DNA of 63,383 nt, the filler included. It is 10 parts of 10 records of this genome, joined end to end, with 100 filler letters (N's around TTAATTAATTAA, not from the genome) between each part and the next. Parts side by side here need not be neighbours in the genome. Positions count along the whole stretch, not along the records: positions 7,272 to 12,527 come from SRR31147125_243429; positions 12,628 to 22,607 come from SRR31147125_244316; positions 22,708 to 29,585 come from SRR31147125_245122; 7 more parts are not named here. One strand, given 5' to 3'. This document shows, in pieces, positions 10,201 to 29,685 of this stretch. Both the position numbers and the translations under genes were made by a program. How positions within the stretch are numbered: position 1 is the stretch's first letter; each line of letters starts with the position of its first letter. Under the pieces are notes generated by a model. That model ran no database searches, was not told the origin of the DNA, and saw nothing but the letters and a program-made list of their open reading frames with translations.

Positions 10201-12527
10201 ATCCCGAGACGAAGTGGGACGTTCGGGTATTGGCAATTGTGGGTGAAGGGGTGAGGGAGGAGATACGTCCCCTACAAACCACCCTCAGAATACGTGACAC
10301 GACGCGGAAGGGATGCACACATACCGCTCTCTGACGAAGCCGTAGAAGGCGTCAGATTTTGTGCTTTCTCTGCAGACATAGCATCAATCCTTACAAGAGG
10401 TACACGGGGACCGTTTTCATTGGCGGTAGGTTGTGCAGCGGGTGTGTCTTGGGAGAACACTGAGACACATACACATACGCGAATATGAGAAAAGCGCAGC
10501 AACAATGAAACACGAAACAGTACCAGCAGTGGCGGAGGCGCGACGCGCACTATGTGGCCTCGACACGCGGGCACTCTCGCGCTTCTCTCGCTCCCTTCGC
10601 ATCATCTCACGAATCTGACTTTCCCGGTCACGAAACTCCTGCTTTTCCCTTTTGGTCTCAGCCTCAGCATTGCGCTTCTGTCCATCGGGACGGGAAACGT
10701 CAAAGGACAGACACGACAAGTGTGAATATCCTACCTCTTGCAATTTCCGTTGATGTTCTTCCTCCACGGCCTTCTGGGTCTCTGCTTCTTCCATTCGCCG
10801 TTTCTCCTCGGCAGCACGCGATACAGCACGCTCTTCACGCTCTTTCGCAAGTCGGCGGCGCGTTTCAGACAAGCGCCCTTCTTTCATCGCGGGCTTACTT
10901 GGCGATGGTGCCGTAGCAGACACCTCCTCAACACTTCTCTCCTTGCTTTGGTTCTGATGTGCGGGTGGCATCTGATACGAGTCCTTAGGTGTAGGCACCT
11001 CTTTGAGGGGACGTATTCCTTCATCATTGTCGTCGCCACGTCGAGGTGGTGGCCGCGTTCTTTCCTTCTGAATGCGACTGGCCGCACGCAGCCATTCTTC
11101 TGCTTCTTCTTCCACTGCTAGTCCTCGATTCTCATTCTCTCGATCCTCCCGTGGGGGGACTGCTCCTTTCGCTGGGGTGCCTTTGGTTCTTGTTGCTTGG
11201 GTGCAGGCTTGGGTACAGGTTCAGGTTTAGATTCAGGCTCAGGTTCAGATCCAAATTCCTGTCGGGAAGGGAAGGAAGGGAAGGAAGGAAAATGAATTTG
11301 TGCATCATGGGAAAGGAGGGAGAGGCTACCGTCAAATTCAACTTCTTGCGTTGTGCTTCCTGCCAGGCCTTCCGTGCCTCCAGTTCCAATGTCATTCGTC
11401 GCAAGTCTTGCTCATACTCCATTGCCTGTTCCTCGGCTTGTCAGATGCAAGAATCTCAATCGGGATCAGGAACAAACCTCTCTTTGCATAAGCTTTTCAT
11501 GATGCAGGCGTTCTTGTTCCTTCCTCTCCCACTCTTTCCTCTGGGATAGTTCTCTTTCAATGGCCTCTTGTGCCTCTGCTGTCTGGGCGGGTGTTGACAC
11601 GGATGCTGTGCTAGTCCCGCGTTTGGCCCGCAATAGACGGAGTCTCTCTTGTCGTGCAGCCTCCCGGGAATCACTACCCTCACTACTAGGTTCCACAACG
11701 CGTTCGGTAGGCAGACCCATGTTCACCACGGGAGCAGGTCTTTGGTCACGTTGTTTCTCGTTTGTGGCATCTGTCAGAGGCAATGTGGGAACGGAGGAAA
11801 TCTTGTGCCTCCTGGAAGAGAGAACTGAGAAAGGAAAGATAGCAGGGAGGCCACAAGACGAAACTGTTCGGTTTCAACTTGTTCTGCTGCAGCTCGCTTC
11901 TCCGCAGCAGCGGCCCTTCGCTGTGCCAGCAATTCGGACGTCCTATGCCAGGCCCTCTGTGTGAGGGTGCAAACGCCCTATACACAGACACAAGGAACCT
12001 TGAAGGACGCCCGGTCGCATCTAATTCAGCAGATCGTCGTGCCCGTGGATAGCCTTGCCAGACAGGCACACGTCAAGGCAAACCAGTTTCGTGAACCACA
12101 CATCACTCACCTCCAACAATATCACGATGTGAAGTCTGTACCATTGACACGATCTGAGTCTGAAGAAGGTCGTGGGCGTGTCGAAATCTACACCTCCAAA
12201 TCAAGCACGCACCTGGGAGGTGTCGGTCTGTTCACGACCCTCACGTCGTTTCTCCTCCATTTCCCGACGTCGTTCGATTAACTTGATGGCCGCCCTCTGG
12301 GTAGATGGATCGCTCTGTCAGTCATGCCATGTCCCCAGTCCACATCAAAACGAATGTACCTGTCGCATTTGAATACGACGTTGAAGGGCCTCCTCCTCGG
12401 CTTCCAGACGCGCCGTAATCGCACCAGAACCATCGCGTGCCCTACACATACGTGATCCGATAAGATAACCCATATTACAAAGCAGCTGCTGCTGCTATTG
12501 CTGTTGTTGTTGTTGTTGTTGCTGTTG
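7272..12527 (-). CDS. eukaryotic villin/supervillin/gelsolin-family actin-binding protein, multi-exon, both ends truncated
   Basis: Gelsolin repeats PRLFQIKGRRKV...SLNHGDTFILDLGKTLYIWNG, YILDSDTEMYVWVGK, EGSEPNAFWEVLGG; long charged coiled-coil N-terminal half; short GT-AG introns. Confidence 0.85.
12481..12527. repeat. (GCT/GTT)n microsatellite at contig end; (CCT)n at 12628-12650 and (TG)n at 22708-22728 similar
   Basis: Directly visible simple repeats where the eukaryotic contigs break. Confidence 0.85.
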
Positions 12528-12627
12528 NNNNNNNNNNNNNNNNNNNNNNNNNNNNNNNNNNNNNNNNNNNNTTAATTAATTAANNNNNNNNNNNNNNNNN
12601 NNNNNNNNNNNNNNNNNNNNNNNNNNN

Positions 12628-15600
12628 CCTCCTCCTCCTCCTCCTCCTCCTCGTCTCCTTCTTCCCTGTTTGCTCTCAGTTTTCGTGCCTCTTCCTCCTT
12701 CTTTTCTCTTCGTTCTCGCTCAATCCGCCTTCTTTCACGTCGCTTTTCCTGTTCTTCTCGTTTGAGAGCCAGTTCTAAGGCCTTGATTAGAGTTTGAATG
12801 TTTCCTAATTCATCCTGATCGTTTCGCTGCATTCCGTTAATGATCGAATCAAGTTGCCGCATCACATGAAGAAAGTCGTTGATTTCATCCACACGGACAC
12901 TTTCGTTAACGAGACACTCCAGGACAGGAACAACCGGAGGCGTCACGTTCTTCTTCCCTTCCTTGTCATGAGGCTGGTTTTTCACAATGTCGTTCATAGT
13001 TGAATCGCGCAGGACTGTTGTGGTGGCCCCTTCTGGTTTCGTGTCTGGGTTCTTGCTGTATCCCATTTCAGCTAATAGCGATTTCCGTTCCTTCTCACGG
13101 GCTTGGTTGGAAAACAGGAATGTCTTCTCGGGAACGAACCAGAACACTGCCTTCATCGTTTCCAGTAGACCTTTCTCTTTCTTGTCGTTTAACTGCACAA
13201 CTCCTTTCCTTGCATGAACAATCTTTTCAAAGTTTGCATCGTCACGAGTCGAGGCGTATTTGCTGTGGTGTTGAATCCAACAACACAGAGAACGCTTCAA
13301 GATGCGATATATGGCCCGAGGGACAAGGCACCCGGCATGTTGACTCCACTGCATTATTTCCTTAAACAAGCGATCCAGTTTGAGAAGGTTCACGACAATG
13401 TAGCATATGCCCAAGAGGAATCCATAGATGAGAACATTCTCAAAGAACGATTTCTGGTGTTCCATTTCAAATTGATCAATGAAGAAAAGGATTCCCATGT
13501 AGAAGAGCCCCGAACACAGAGAAAGACAGACCCACGCGATACGATTGTCATCTTGTGAACGGTAGGGATACGATAGCATAGTTCCCATCAGGCTTGAGAA
13601 CAGAACAACTACGGCGAACATAACTTGAAACAGGGAGTTCGTTGTGAAGAAGATGGTAAACAGCACAAACAGAAACTTGCGACAAGCAATATGCAAAGGC
13701 CAATGCCAACACTCGCGCTTGAACATTTCCTTTGTCGCCTTAGACGCCAAGGCAACACGATGAGCCTCTTCCGCAGCAATGGCCACGTGCTGTTCACAGT
13801 AGAGCACATCCATTGAGAAGTTCTTACTCTTGTTCCGTTCCTCCTTGGATATCTTGTAATTCTTGTACCATCTCCGGAAGTAGTATACAGGGGATCCCCA
13901 CGTATACGAGTCCCGGAACAAATACATACAGATGCGACACCCATTCGCGACTGAAACATTCGGTGCTCGGTTTCGTATTCAAGGTAAAGGTGCCATCCGG
14001 TTGTTTCGCACAATCAAAGAACTGCAGAAAGTTGGCAGCCAGAGGAATGTACATCAGATTGAAGATGAGAGACAACCCTTTGTTGAGAATTCGATCCCGA
14101 AAACTGTATGTGGGATCGCGCGACCAACAACCATAGACAGCGTATCCAGCCAAGAGGCCAACAACGAGTGCTACAGGGCCAACAAATTCCAGCACAGCAC
14201 GCCTGTAGTAGTCCGTGATGGAAAGAGGAGAGCACTCGGGAATGAGCAGATCGAATATGTTGAAAGCGAAGATTCTCACAACCTCAAAGTAGACAAACAT
14301 CGACCGTGGCCACTTCAGATCAAAGTAGTTGTACATGGAAACAATTTGGCAGAACTCAACGAACGCATAGAAGCCGGCCAGGTTTTCTTGTTTCACGGGA
14401 ACAACGTAGAGGAACAGAAGAAGAGCAATGCCAAGATAAACCCAACGCATGAGAGCAAACTCACTACAACTACGGCAGTAGCGCCCCGTACGATAGTTCT
14501 CTTCCGAACAATCCCCGCACACATCTCCCTCGTATCCGTCAAAGCATTCGTTGCTCATGTAGCCGGGACATGCTTCATACGGATAGCATCGGAACATTTC
14601 CACCATCCCTTCGTCGGAAAGTTCCTTTCGCCAGTATCCCTTTTCTGGCTGGGGCAAATTGAATCCTCCTGAACACGTCGCATGATCCGGGCAGGACATA
14701 CACTCATCCCACAGCTCGTCATCGTGGTTCAATACATAGAATCCCGACTTGCATGTGCAATTTCGAATGTCGGTGGCACCCAAGAATCGCGTGTACGCAT
14801 TCAGAGGACACTTCTGGCACACCCTTGCCCCCTTGGCGTCATTGTAGTACGAGCTCTCGCATTTCTTACAAAATGTCATCCCCGGTGTTATGAAAGTACC
14901 CGTGGGGCACTTCTCGCATGGAATTTCAGCATAATTCTGTGAGTTCATCCCAGCAGGACAGTATTCGTACGTGAAAACCAAGCTCCCTTCAAACTGCTGA
15001 TAGTTGTTACTGACAGTAAGATTGTAGACCCCGGGTTCGTTCCACGGATTGATGCACTCGATGGTACAATTCGTTGCGCAGTATGGTGCACTCTCCAAGG
15101 GGGCAACGACGGGTTCCACCGCCTCTTTTCCTTGATCACCAAACCGGCAAGTGAGAAGATCGGAGTACCACACACTATCTGCGATCACCGTCACGGTCTC
15201 TCCTCCGTAGGCAGGGCTGGAAGATGGATTCACACTGAGAATGGACATGGGTTTGTAGTAGTGTAAGAGCGATTCGTCCCCCTCAGCGAACTGCTGCCCA
15301 TTCATCGAGAGATCCATTCTCAACGACACCGTGGAGGATTCTAGTTCTGGCCCATAGGCGGCAGCGGTGAAGGTCATACGTGTAAAGGAGACAAAGGTTG
15401 CTTGTGTCCAGAACTTGGCCCCATCTTCACGTGTCAGAATGATCATGAGATCGTTCCAGTCCAAGAATCCCGTTCCCAACAATGTGACTGAAGTTCCACC
15501 GTACTGCGGGGCACGATCAGGGCTCAAGTTGAAGAAATAGAGCTGTTCGTTGTCGTATATTGCGATCGTGGCGTGACTTTCACTAGAGGGCGCGTCTTGT

Positions 15601-18600
15601 CCGTTGGGCGAGAGAGTAATGCTGCCTGTTCCGGTGCGATGGGCCAGTAGATCCATGGAAGGTGTTGTGCAATTCACAATGTATCGATCCGTTCCTAATT
15701 GAAGGGCGGGAACACCACAGATCCCTGTTTCCACTGTCCTTGCAGAGGATTCTGCCGTGGCAGGGTACACAAACTCCACATCTCCACTTCCAGAATCCTC
15801 TACCACGAGTGAAATCGATCGGGAGGACAGTGTCGCATAGAACTGAAGTCCCTGTTCGTCCTGCTCTGCAACAGACACAGTTCGGGGCATGTATGTTGTG
15901 TGGGACAGCTGTAGCACCAGAGCAGATGATCCATCCCATGAGAGTCGTTCGTCAAGGGAAAACACACGCCACATGCCTGCTTCCAGGGTAAGAGCGGCTA
16001 CAGGGGTAGGAGAAAGGGCCACCTCAAGATTATCGGCGGAAATCGGCGTATCGAGGGACGTGGTTTCCGCTGGTACCCATGCATAATCGATACGGAACTC
16101 CAGAAGGTCTGCCAACGATGGTTTGTCCACACGGAATGCCAAGGATACGATTTCATCACCAGACTGGAGGCCTCGGCGTTGTAATTCATCCGCCAAGTAC
16201 AGAGATTGAAAGCTAATGCTCTGAGAAAAGGATCCCGCCTGGAATGGGCCTGTGTGTGTTGGAGAAGATGTTGTGCTCTGTCCAAACATGGGAAGGGCCA
16301 CACTGAGGAATTCGACAACACCATCCATCGTCAGAGTAGGTGTTTCATCTGTCGTTCCGTCGGCCTGAACATCCAGACTGAGCTTGGGTGTCAGCAAAGG
16401 GGACAATTCTTCCCCTCGTACGATGAGCACAGTACCACCTGTGACCGGACCACTTGGGGGAAAGACTGATTCCACTGTTGGTGCGGTTTCATAGAAGAGA
16501 AAGGCAGGAGCGGCCTCAACGAATGCCTCGTCCTCCTCTCCACCAAAGGATACCTCCAGCACGAGAACCACAGGTGTTACATCCCGTGTCATACCCATCT
16601 CCGCTTCAGATTCGAACGCCGGCGAAATGAATACCAGACTTCCCGTGGTGCCCGTCCCACGAACATGTTCTTCCAGAGGAAGGGGAGCATGTCCACGGAA
16701 GCGAACACTCACATCCCCATCGGCAAAGGCGAACCCGACCGGTTCGTACGCGTAGTCAATTGTGATAGTCGTTGATCCATTCACAGGTCCACTCCGGGGA
16801 CTTACTTCCGAGAACGAAAGGTCGTATACCAGAAACGTGGGGCCCGGATGAAAATCCTGCCTGTTAACACTCACTTGAATGTCATGGATTCCCGGTGTTG
16901 CCGGTGCTGTAGTGCAGAACGTTATCGTGCCTGTGGAGGGTGCCAAAACACCCGAGGTGTCGATTCCCCTGTGTGGGTGGAATCAGTCAGTTTTCGACCA
17001 AGTCCGCAAGTGAGGCCCAACGTACCCAACGCGAATGATTACTTGTCCTGTGTCAGGTACAGTCTCCCCACCTATTGCTGTGAAATTGCTCAGTTGTCCA
17101 ATGCGAAGCTGGGCGGGTGCCAGATCACCGTTCTCGAAGGAGGGAATGTCTAACATTCGTGCACACATGAACACTCTTGATCGCGTATGCCCGCCCCTAC
17201 GAACCATAGAACTGTAATGATACGACACTCGTGACGAAGTGCTGTCCGTTAAACGAGAACTGAATATCAGCAGGACCCGAAGCCTGAGCCTCAAAGTCTT
17301 CCAGCTCGACCCTCCATCCCGAAGTCGAGGTCACACTAGAAACGATAATGAAATGCATGGTTGCGCGTTTCACACGAATCGTGCGTACCTTGGTGTAAGG
17401 AAGGAAGGATTCGCCTCCACTGCCACAGATAAGAGCATGACACCTATCGTTGTTGAAGAACTCTTGTCTCCACCGACGAAGACGAAAAAGGGTGTATCCA
17501 GGAAGATGTTTGTAGGAAGAGTCAGCGTCGTATCGCACCCATCAACCGTAATATGAATCCCGTCGGAACTGGTGTACACCGTGAGGCGTGCCTCCAACAC
17601 GTCCGAGTCATCGTGATTCGAGGGCAGAGTACACGAAATGGTTGTGTTAAGCTCGGGTGCAATCACACTCAGTTGCTTCCTGGCAACATACACACGTACA
17701 ACCTGGTAGACAACCAATACATGTCACGTCACGTCACGTCACACAGGGTGCACAGGACGTACACCTGATTCTTCTCGGCGAATGTTGGGTACCGTGTCGT
17801 GAGATGAAAGGATCAACACCACTTCATTCCCCAGAGAACTATCGTCATCGGGAACATCCATCTCAGCCACCACTCGAATCAGTATATCTGCATTCAAGTA
17901 TTACACGAGGAGGAACACGTATTCGGTGAGCTCACCTCCTTGTAGAGGATCTTCCACTCGAGGCAGGACTCTTCCCGTCGTATTCTTGAAGAACATGACA
18001 TACTGTCCCTCGGTGTTGATATCCGTGGCCTCCAAGAAATCCCAGACACCATCGTTCACATGCGCCGAGGAGAAGTCATCAAACAAGGACGAGAACACGA
18101 GTGCACCATTCCTGTTCTTTCAATTAGCAAAGAGAGGAGGAGACAGACCACGTCCGTACCCGGGTGTGAGTGCACTTTCCTCCATGGCACCCCATCCAAT
18201 GTATACAAATATGGTTTGTCCAGGATCCATGCGAGGGATCTGCAATGATCGTTCAGGCAGGCAGGGGAAAACATCTGTATACCTTAACCCAAAGAGTGGT
18301 TGTCGTCGTCCCACAACCAGAATCCACAACGTGGGGAAGGATGGTCACGCCATCTTCCGCAAACACTCGAATGTTGCCACAGTGGGAGTCGATGCCGTGT
18401 GCTGGCTGAGCACTTGAGGCCATGTGTGACGTGCTATCAAAAATGATGTCAACAGGCTTGTTCACAAGTGCCTGAGATTCAGCGGGGAGATTCAACTGAA
18501 CGGCGAGTAACTCTGCACCCAGCAACGTGTCACACGTCCGACCGATACCCTCTGTTGCCCAATGTACCTTCAAGTCGTGTGGCGACGGTGGTTGTGCCGC

Positions 18601-21600
18601 TAACCATAACTTCCACACCTAGATTCGGATCTATAACACGACGTTCTTCCTCTCCCAAGAACGACCAGGACATTCGATTCTCTGATACTGGATTCCACGT
18701 AGGATAAACGTGGGACACATTGAGGGGGACACCTAACACACACAGATCTGCGTTGAGTGTTCTGTCCTGTCCTGAGTGCGGAAGCCAAGAAGTGAGGACG
18801 TACGATGAGCATAGTATTGGAGTGCGTTGCTGAAGACAACCCCATCAAAGGTCACACGAATATCATAGCTTCCTGGTGTATCGAGTTCCGGAGTTGTCCC
18901 TTCGGCAGTTGATCCCGATGTGTAGGTTAATGCAATCTCGTAGAATGATGAGGGTTCCCCGGTTGGAGCAAATCGTGCGAGAGGAGGAGCGTCCAGGAAA
19001 TCGATTACACTATAATCGAGGAATCCGTCGCCGTGGAGTGTCAAGTTTGTTGTCGCGGTGAAGGGACCGGAAAACGGAGAAAGAAGTTCTAAACTGGGAG
19101 AAGCTGTGTAGAAGCAGTGAGAGACACGATTCGTGCACGCGTCAAATTCAAAAACACACCGTGAACGGTGAATGTCAATCCCGTTGGTTCATCATCAATC
19201 CCATTAAATGAAACAAGAAGATCGTGGGTTCCCACGGGGACGTTGCCATCAAGAGTGAAATCAATGCGTGTTGATGTCACAGAGGTAGACGTGAAACGCT
19301 TCTCACCCACCACCACCACAGGCGAAGCTCCCTCAACCACAGGGAACTTTTCTCCTTCGAGACGGACCGGAAAGGTACTGTGGGTATAGCAACCCGTGGG
19401 AACAACGGCCTCAAAGCTCGCATCATAGACGAAGAAGCTGAGGTCGCCATAATACTCGTGTGCATTCAGCGAGATGGCGAGAGCGTGGTTTCCTCCGGTC
19501 AAGGTGTCCGGGATTGTGCATTCCAACTGTGTAGCAGACTTGAACAGGGCTGCAAGATACAGAGGAGCCTCTAGAGGTCCCAAACGGCAGAAGGAATCAT
19601 CTTCAATGAAGTTCGATCCGGTAATCGTGAGAACTGTGGAAGTGCCGCTCCGTCCTGCAACAGGAAAAACGCTCGATACCGTTGGATTGTCTTTGGGAGT
19701 GTATTGGGTCAAAGAAAAGGCTTGGGAACTGTGCGAATGGCACAACGCACCATAGTACTGGAAGGTGACATCCTGTGTGGTGAAGTGAACTCCATCATCG
19801 GGGGAAGCCGCTACAGCAACAGGGCCCGCGGAACCCATGGTAGGAGCCGTGCACACGATCTCACCCTCGCTCTCCCAAGTCGCCACGACAACCTTTGCCT
19901 CTATTAGTTCTTTCGATTAATTTCACCCTGTGTATGACGCACCGTAGAATCGAAGCGACATTTTGGTGTTTTGTCGACGTCCACAAAGTTTGTGCCGTGA
20001 AGAGTTACCTCCGTCACACCCTCTACACTCCCCGATCGAGGACTTGGAGGGGAAGAAAGAATAGGGAAATCTGTGTGCACCCCCTTACTTACTACATACA
20101 ACACTACGCACAAGCACACACACCAATGTAAGAAAAGGTTGCGTATCCAGCAAACTGTTGTCCATTGAGGGCAATGCTCACAGCCCAATCCCCGGCAGGA
20201 GCATCCTCGGGAAGTTCAGGAAGAGTAATTGTGCATTCTTCTTCGCTCAAGTAGGCAGCGTTCGCGAGGATCGTCGTACCCCCTGCTTCCTCGAACAAGC
20301 GTACAACACTGGAGCCTGTATCCACAAACCCTGACCCCTGAATGGTAATGGTTTGACCTCCGTAACGATAGTATAGGACAGGAGAGACCCCGGAAAGCGA
20401 GGGTACATCTGATTGTGCAGAGTGTTACGCAGAATGCAAAAAGAAAGAGAGAGAACACCTCATCCTCACCATAGTATGTGAAGTGCATTCCGCTGCTTGT
20501 GAACTGCTGGCCATTGCGCGACACTTCAAATACGACCGCCTGTGATTTGTTGGTTTGTTGGATGGAATTCTCACTGGTTTGTACGTACAACTGTGCCTGT
20601 TCCCACATGTGTTGTGGAGACACACTCAATTTCGGTATCCGAATGAACAATTCCCATGGTGAAGGTGTCGCCGAATCGGCATTCAATGGAGGAATCCGGC
20701 TCACCAAAGTGCGACCCGGTCACTGTGATTGTGGTGCCCCCCGATCGAGGCCCGTATGCAACATCCAGGGATCCCAGCACAGGATTCTCTGTCGGCGCAA
20801 TACGTCAGAGTGCCCACGCAGAACCCACACTCAATCCTACCATAGTACAGGAAGGTAGGACACGACGTATGGAACTGTTGTCCGTTCAGGGTGAATCCGA
20901 CTTCCTGATCCCCTTCTTCACTTCCCGGCGGCATTGTGCACACAATTTTTCCTGTTTTTTCATCATCTCTCACGACGATCATGAACCACCTCCTCGTTCG
21001 GATTCGTACCGGATTGAAGAGAAGCGTCCATCTGGTTGCTTGTACTCCCCGCGTAGCACTTGGGGGTGGCTGTGTCTGGAATTTCTCCCATTGCGGTGAT
21101 GGAGATGATGGTTCCTCCAAGGACTGGTCCACGTGTCGGGGTGACATCACCGTGAAGGAAATCTATTGTCGTTGTCGTTGTCACACCTCACACACCAACC
21201 AACCAACCATCTCTGTGCACGTACAGTACAACAAGAAGGTCTGTACGGAATTCAAGCAACCCCATTCATCCAAACACAGTGAAAACGTGGCACTGATAGG
21301 AGTGAGACTAAAAGGTGGTGTCGAAGGTGTGGTGCACGATGTAGGTTCCGGGAAGGGTCCGGTTTGAGGAAGAGTGCATGACAGGGATCCTTAGACGGGA
21401 GAGGTGTCATTTTTTTTTGTTCGCACACGTCCACGTACCATCTCCGACGAGGGATGCAACAGATAATACGGGATCCGTGTGACCCGGGCGTCCTTCTGAT
21501 GTATCCGACCATTTGCACCTGATTGTGTGTCCCTCAGGAAACGTTCCTGTGTACGAGACGTCAAGCACAGTGCCTCCCGCCATGGGACCCAGTGATGGGG

Positions 21601-22607
21601 AGAATTCTGTAATTGAGATATCTGTACAGCGGTGTGTAAAAAAGGATCAACCACGTCGGTCCCATACCAAAGTATGTGAATGTTCCAGGTACGGTGATGG
21701 CTGGACTCCCATAGATGGAAACCGTCACGGGAACGGAGCGCTCCGACGGAACACTCGGACTCGTGCAATAGATAACTCCTGGGGACCGATTTCCATGTCA
21801 TATGCGTCATTCTGCGAGTTACAAGTCAACATACCTGCTACTACGGTTGTCGTAACAGGTGAACCATCAAAGAGACAGACAATATCTCCGGACAGAGAAT
21901 CCAAGTTGTCCGCCCCCTGAAGGGCGACAACGGTCTCTCCTGCCACGGGTCCAATGGATGGATTCAATCCAGTGAAGGAAACACCTGTGTTAGTGTGGGT
22001 GAGACCATTGAAAATCCATCTGCTGTCCACGAACCGGTGCAGGTGAACGTCCCGTCACAGAAAGAATCGACTCCACAAGAAAACCCTACAGGCCTTGGAT
22101 TGTTGAAAGGACACCCTGCAGACACTCCGTCACACTGTTCCGGGGCATCACAAGGACCAGCACTCGCGCGGCATTCAGTTCCAAGGGCGCTCACAGCATC
22201 AGTGGGACACATCACACTATCACCGGGACAGAGCTCGGAAATGTCGCAAACATCCGTAGCCGGCCGGCAGACGTGCGTAGATGTGTGAAAAAGATCATCT
22301 GGACATGAAGGACCTTCGCCTGTGCACATTTCGGCTACATCACAAAGATCGGCAGCGGGGCGACAGACGGTCGTTGCCGGCAAAAAGGCGTTGACAGGAC
22401 ATGACGCACTCGAGCCACTGCACATCTCGGGTACGTCACAGAGTCCCGCTGCTTCACGACACACGGTTGATGAGGAACGAAATCGGTCCGTGGGACAGGA
22501 CGGTCCGTCTCCTGGACACTTCTCCTCTAGATCGCAGGGCCCGCTCACTTCTCGGCATACAATTGTGGAGGCGAGAAAGTCATCTGCGGGACATGAGGGG
22601 CCGTCTC
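12628..22607 (-). CDS. giant eukaryotic surface receptor-like protein: disintegrin-like repeats, >=12 IPT/TIG repeats, DUF2341-like domain, Cys-rich repeats, multi-TM (TRP/CRMP-like) module, charged tail; multi-exon, both ends truncated
   Basis: Repeated SPxSGPxxGGTxVTxxG...SxNGQQF; CRxAxxxCDxxExCxGxxxxCP repeats; CPAG/CEKCPTGTF; FFDCAKQPDGTFTL...ECFS TM block; apparent frameshift at G4 13890-13893. Confidence 0.8.
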
Positions 22608-22707
22608 NNNNNNNNNNNNNNNNNNNNNNNNNNNNNNNNNNNNNNNNNNNNTTAATTAATTAANNNNNNNNNNNNNNNNNNNNNNNNNNNNNNNNNNNNN
22701 NNNNNNN

Positions 22708-27462
<4,755 letters not shown>

Positions 27463-27669
27463 TGGGCTGATGGATCTTGTACGATTACCCAGTGAGGAGT
27501 TAGACGTTCGTGGGGCTGTTTAATGAAAGGCGGCCGATCCCAACGAGAATGATATCACGTGAGTGGATAAGGAAGAAGACGCGGAGCAACGCGTCATTCT
27601 TTTTCCCCTCCCTGCGTGTGTGTGTGTATAGTCGCCTACTTCTATTCCCACCCCACACGTCTCCTACGC

Positions 27670-29585
<1,916 letters not shown>

Positions 29586-29685
29586 NNNNNNNNNNNNNNN
29601 NNNNNNNNNNNNNNNNNNNNNNNNNNNNNTTAATTAATTAANNNNNNNNNNNNNNNNNNNNNNNNNNNNNNNNNNNNNNNNNNNN

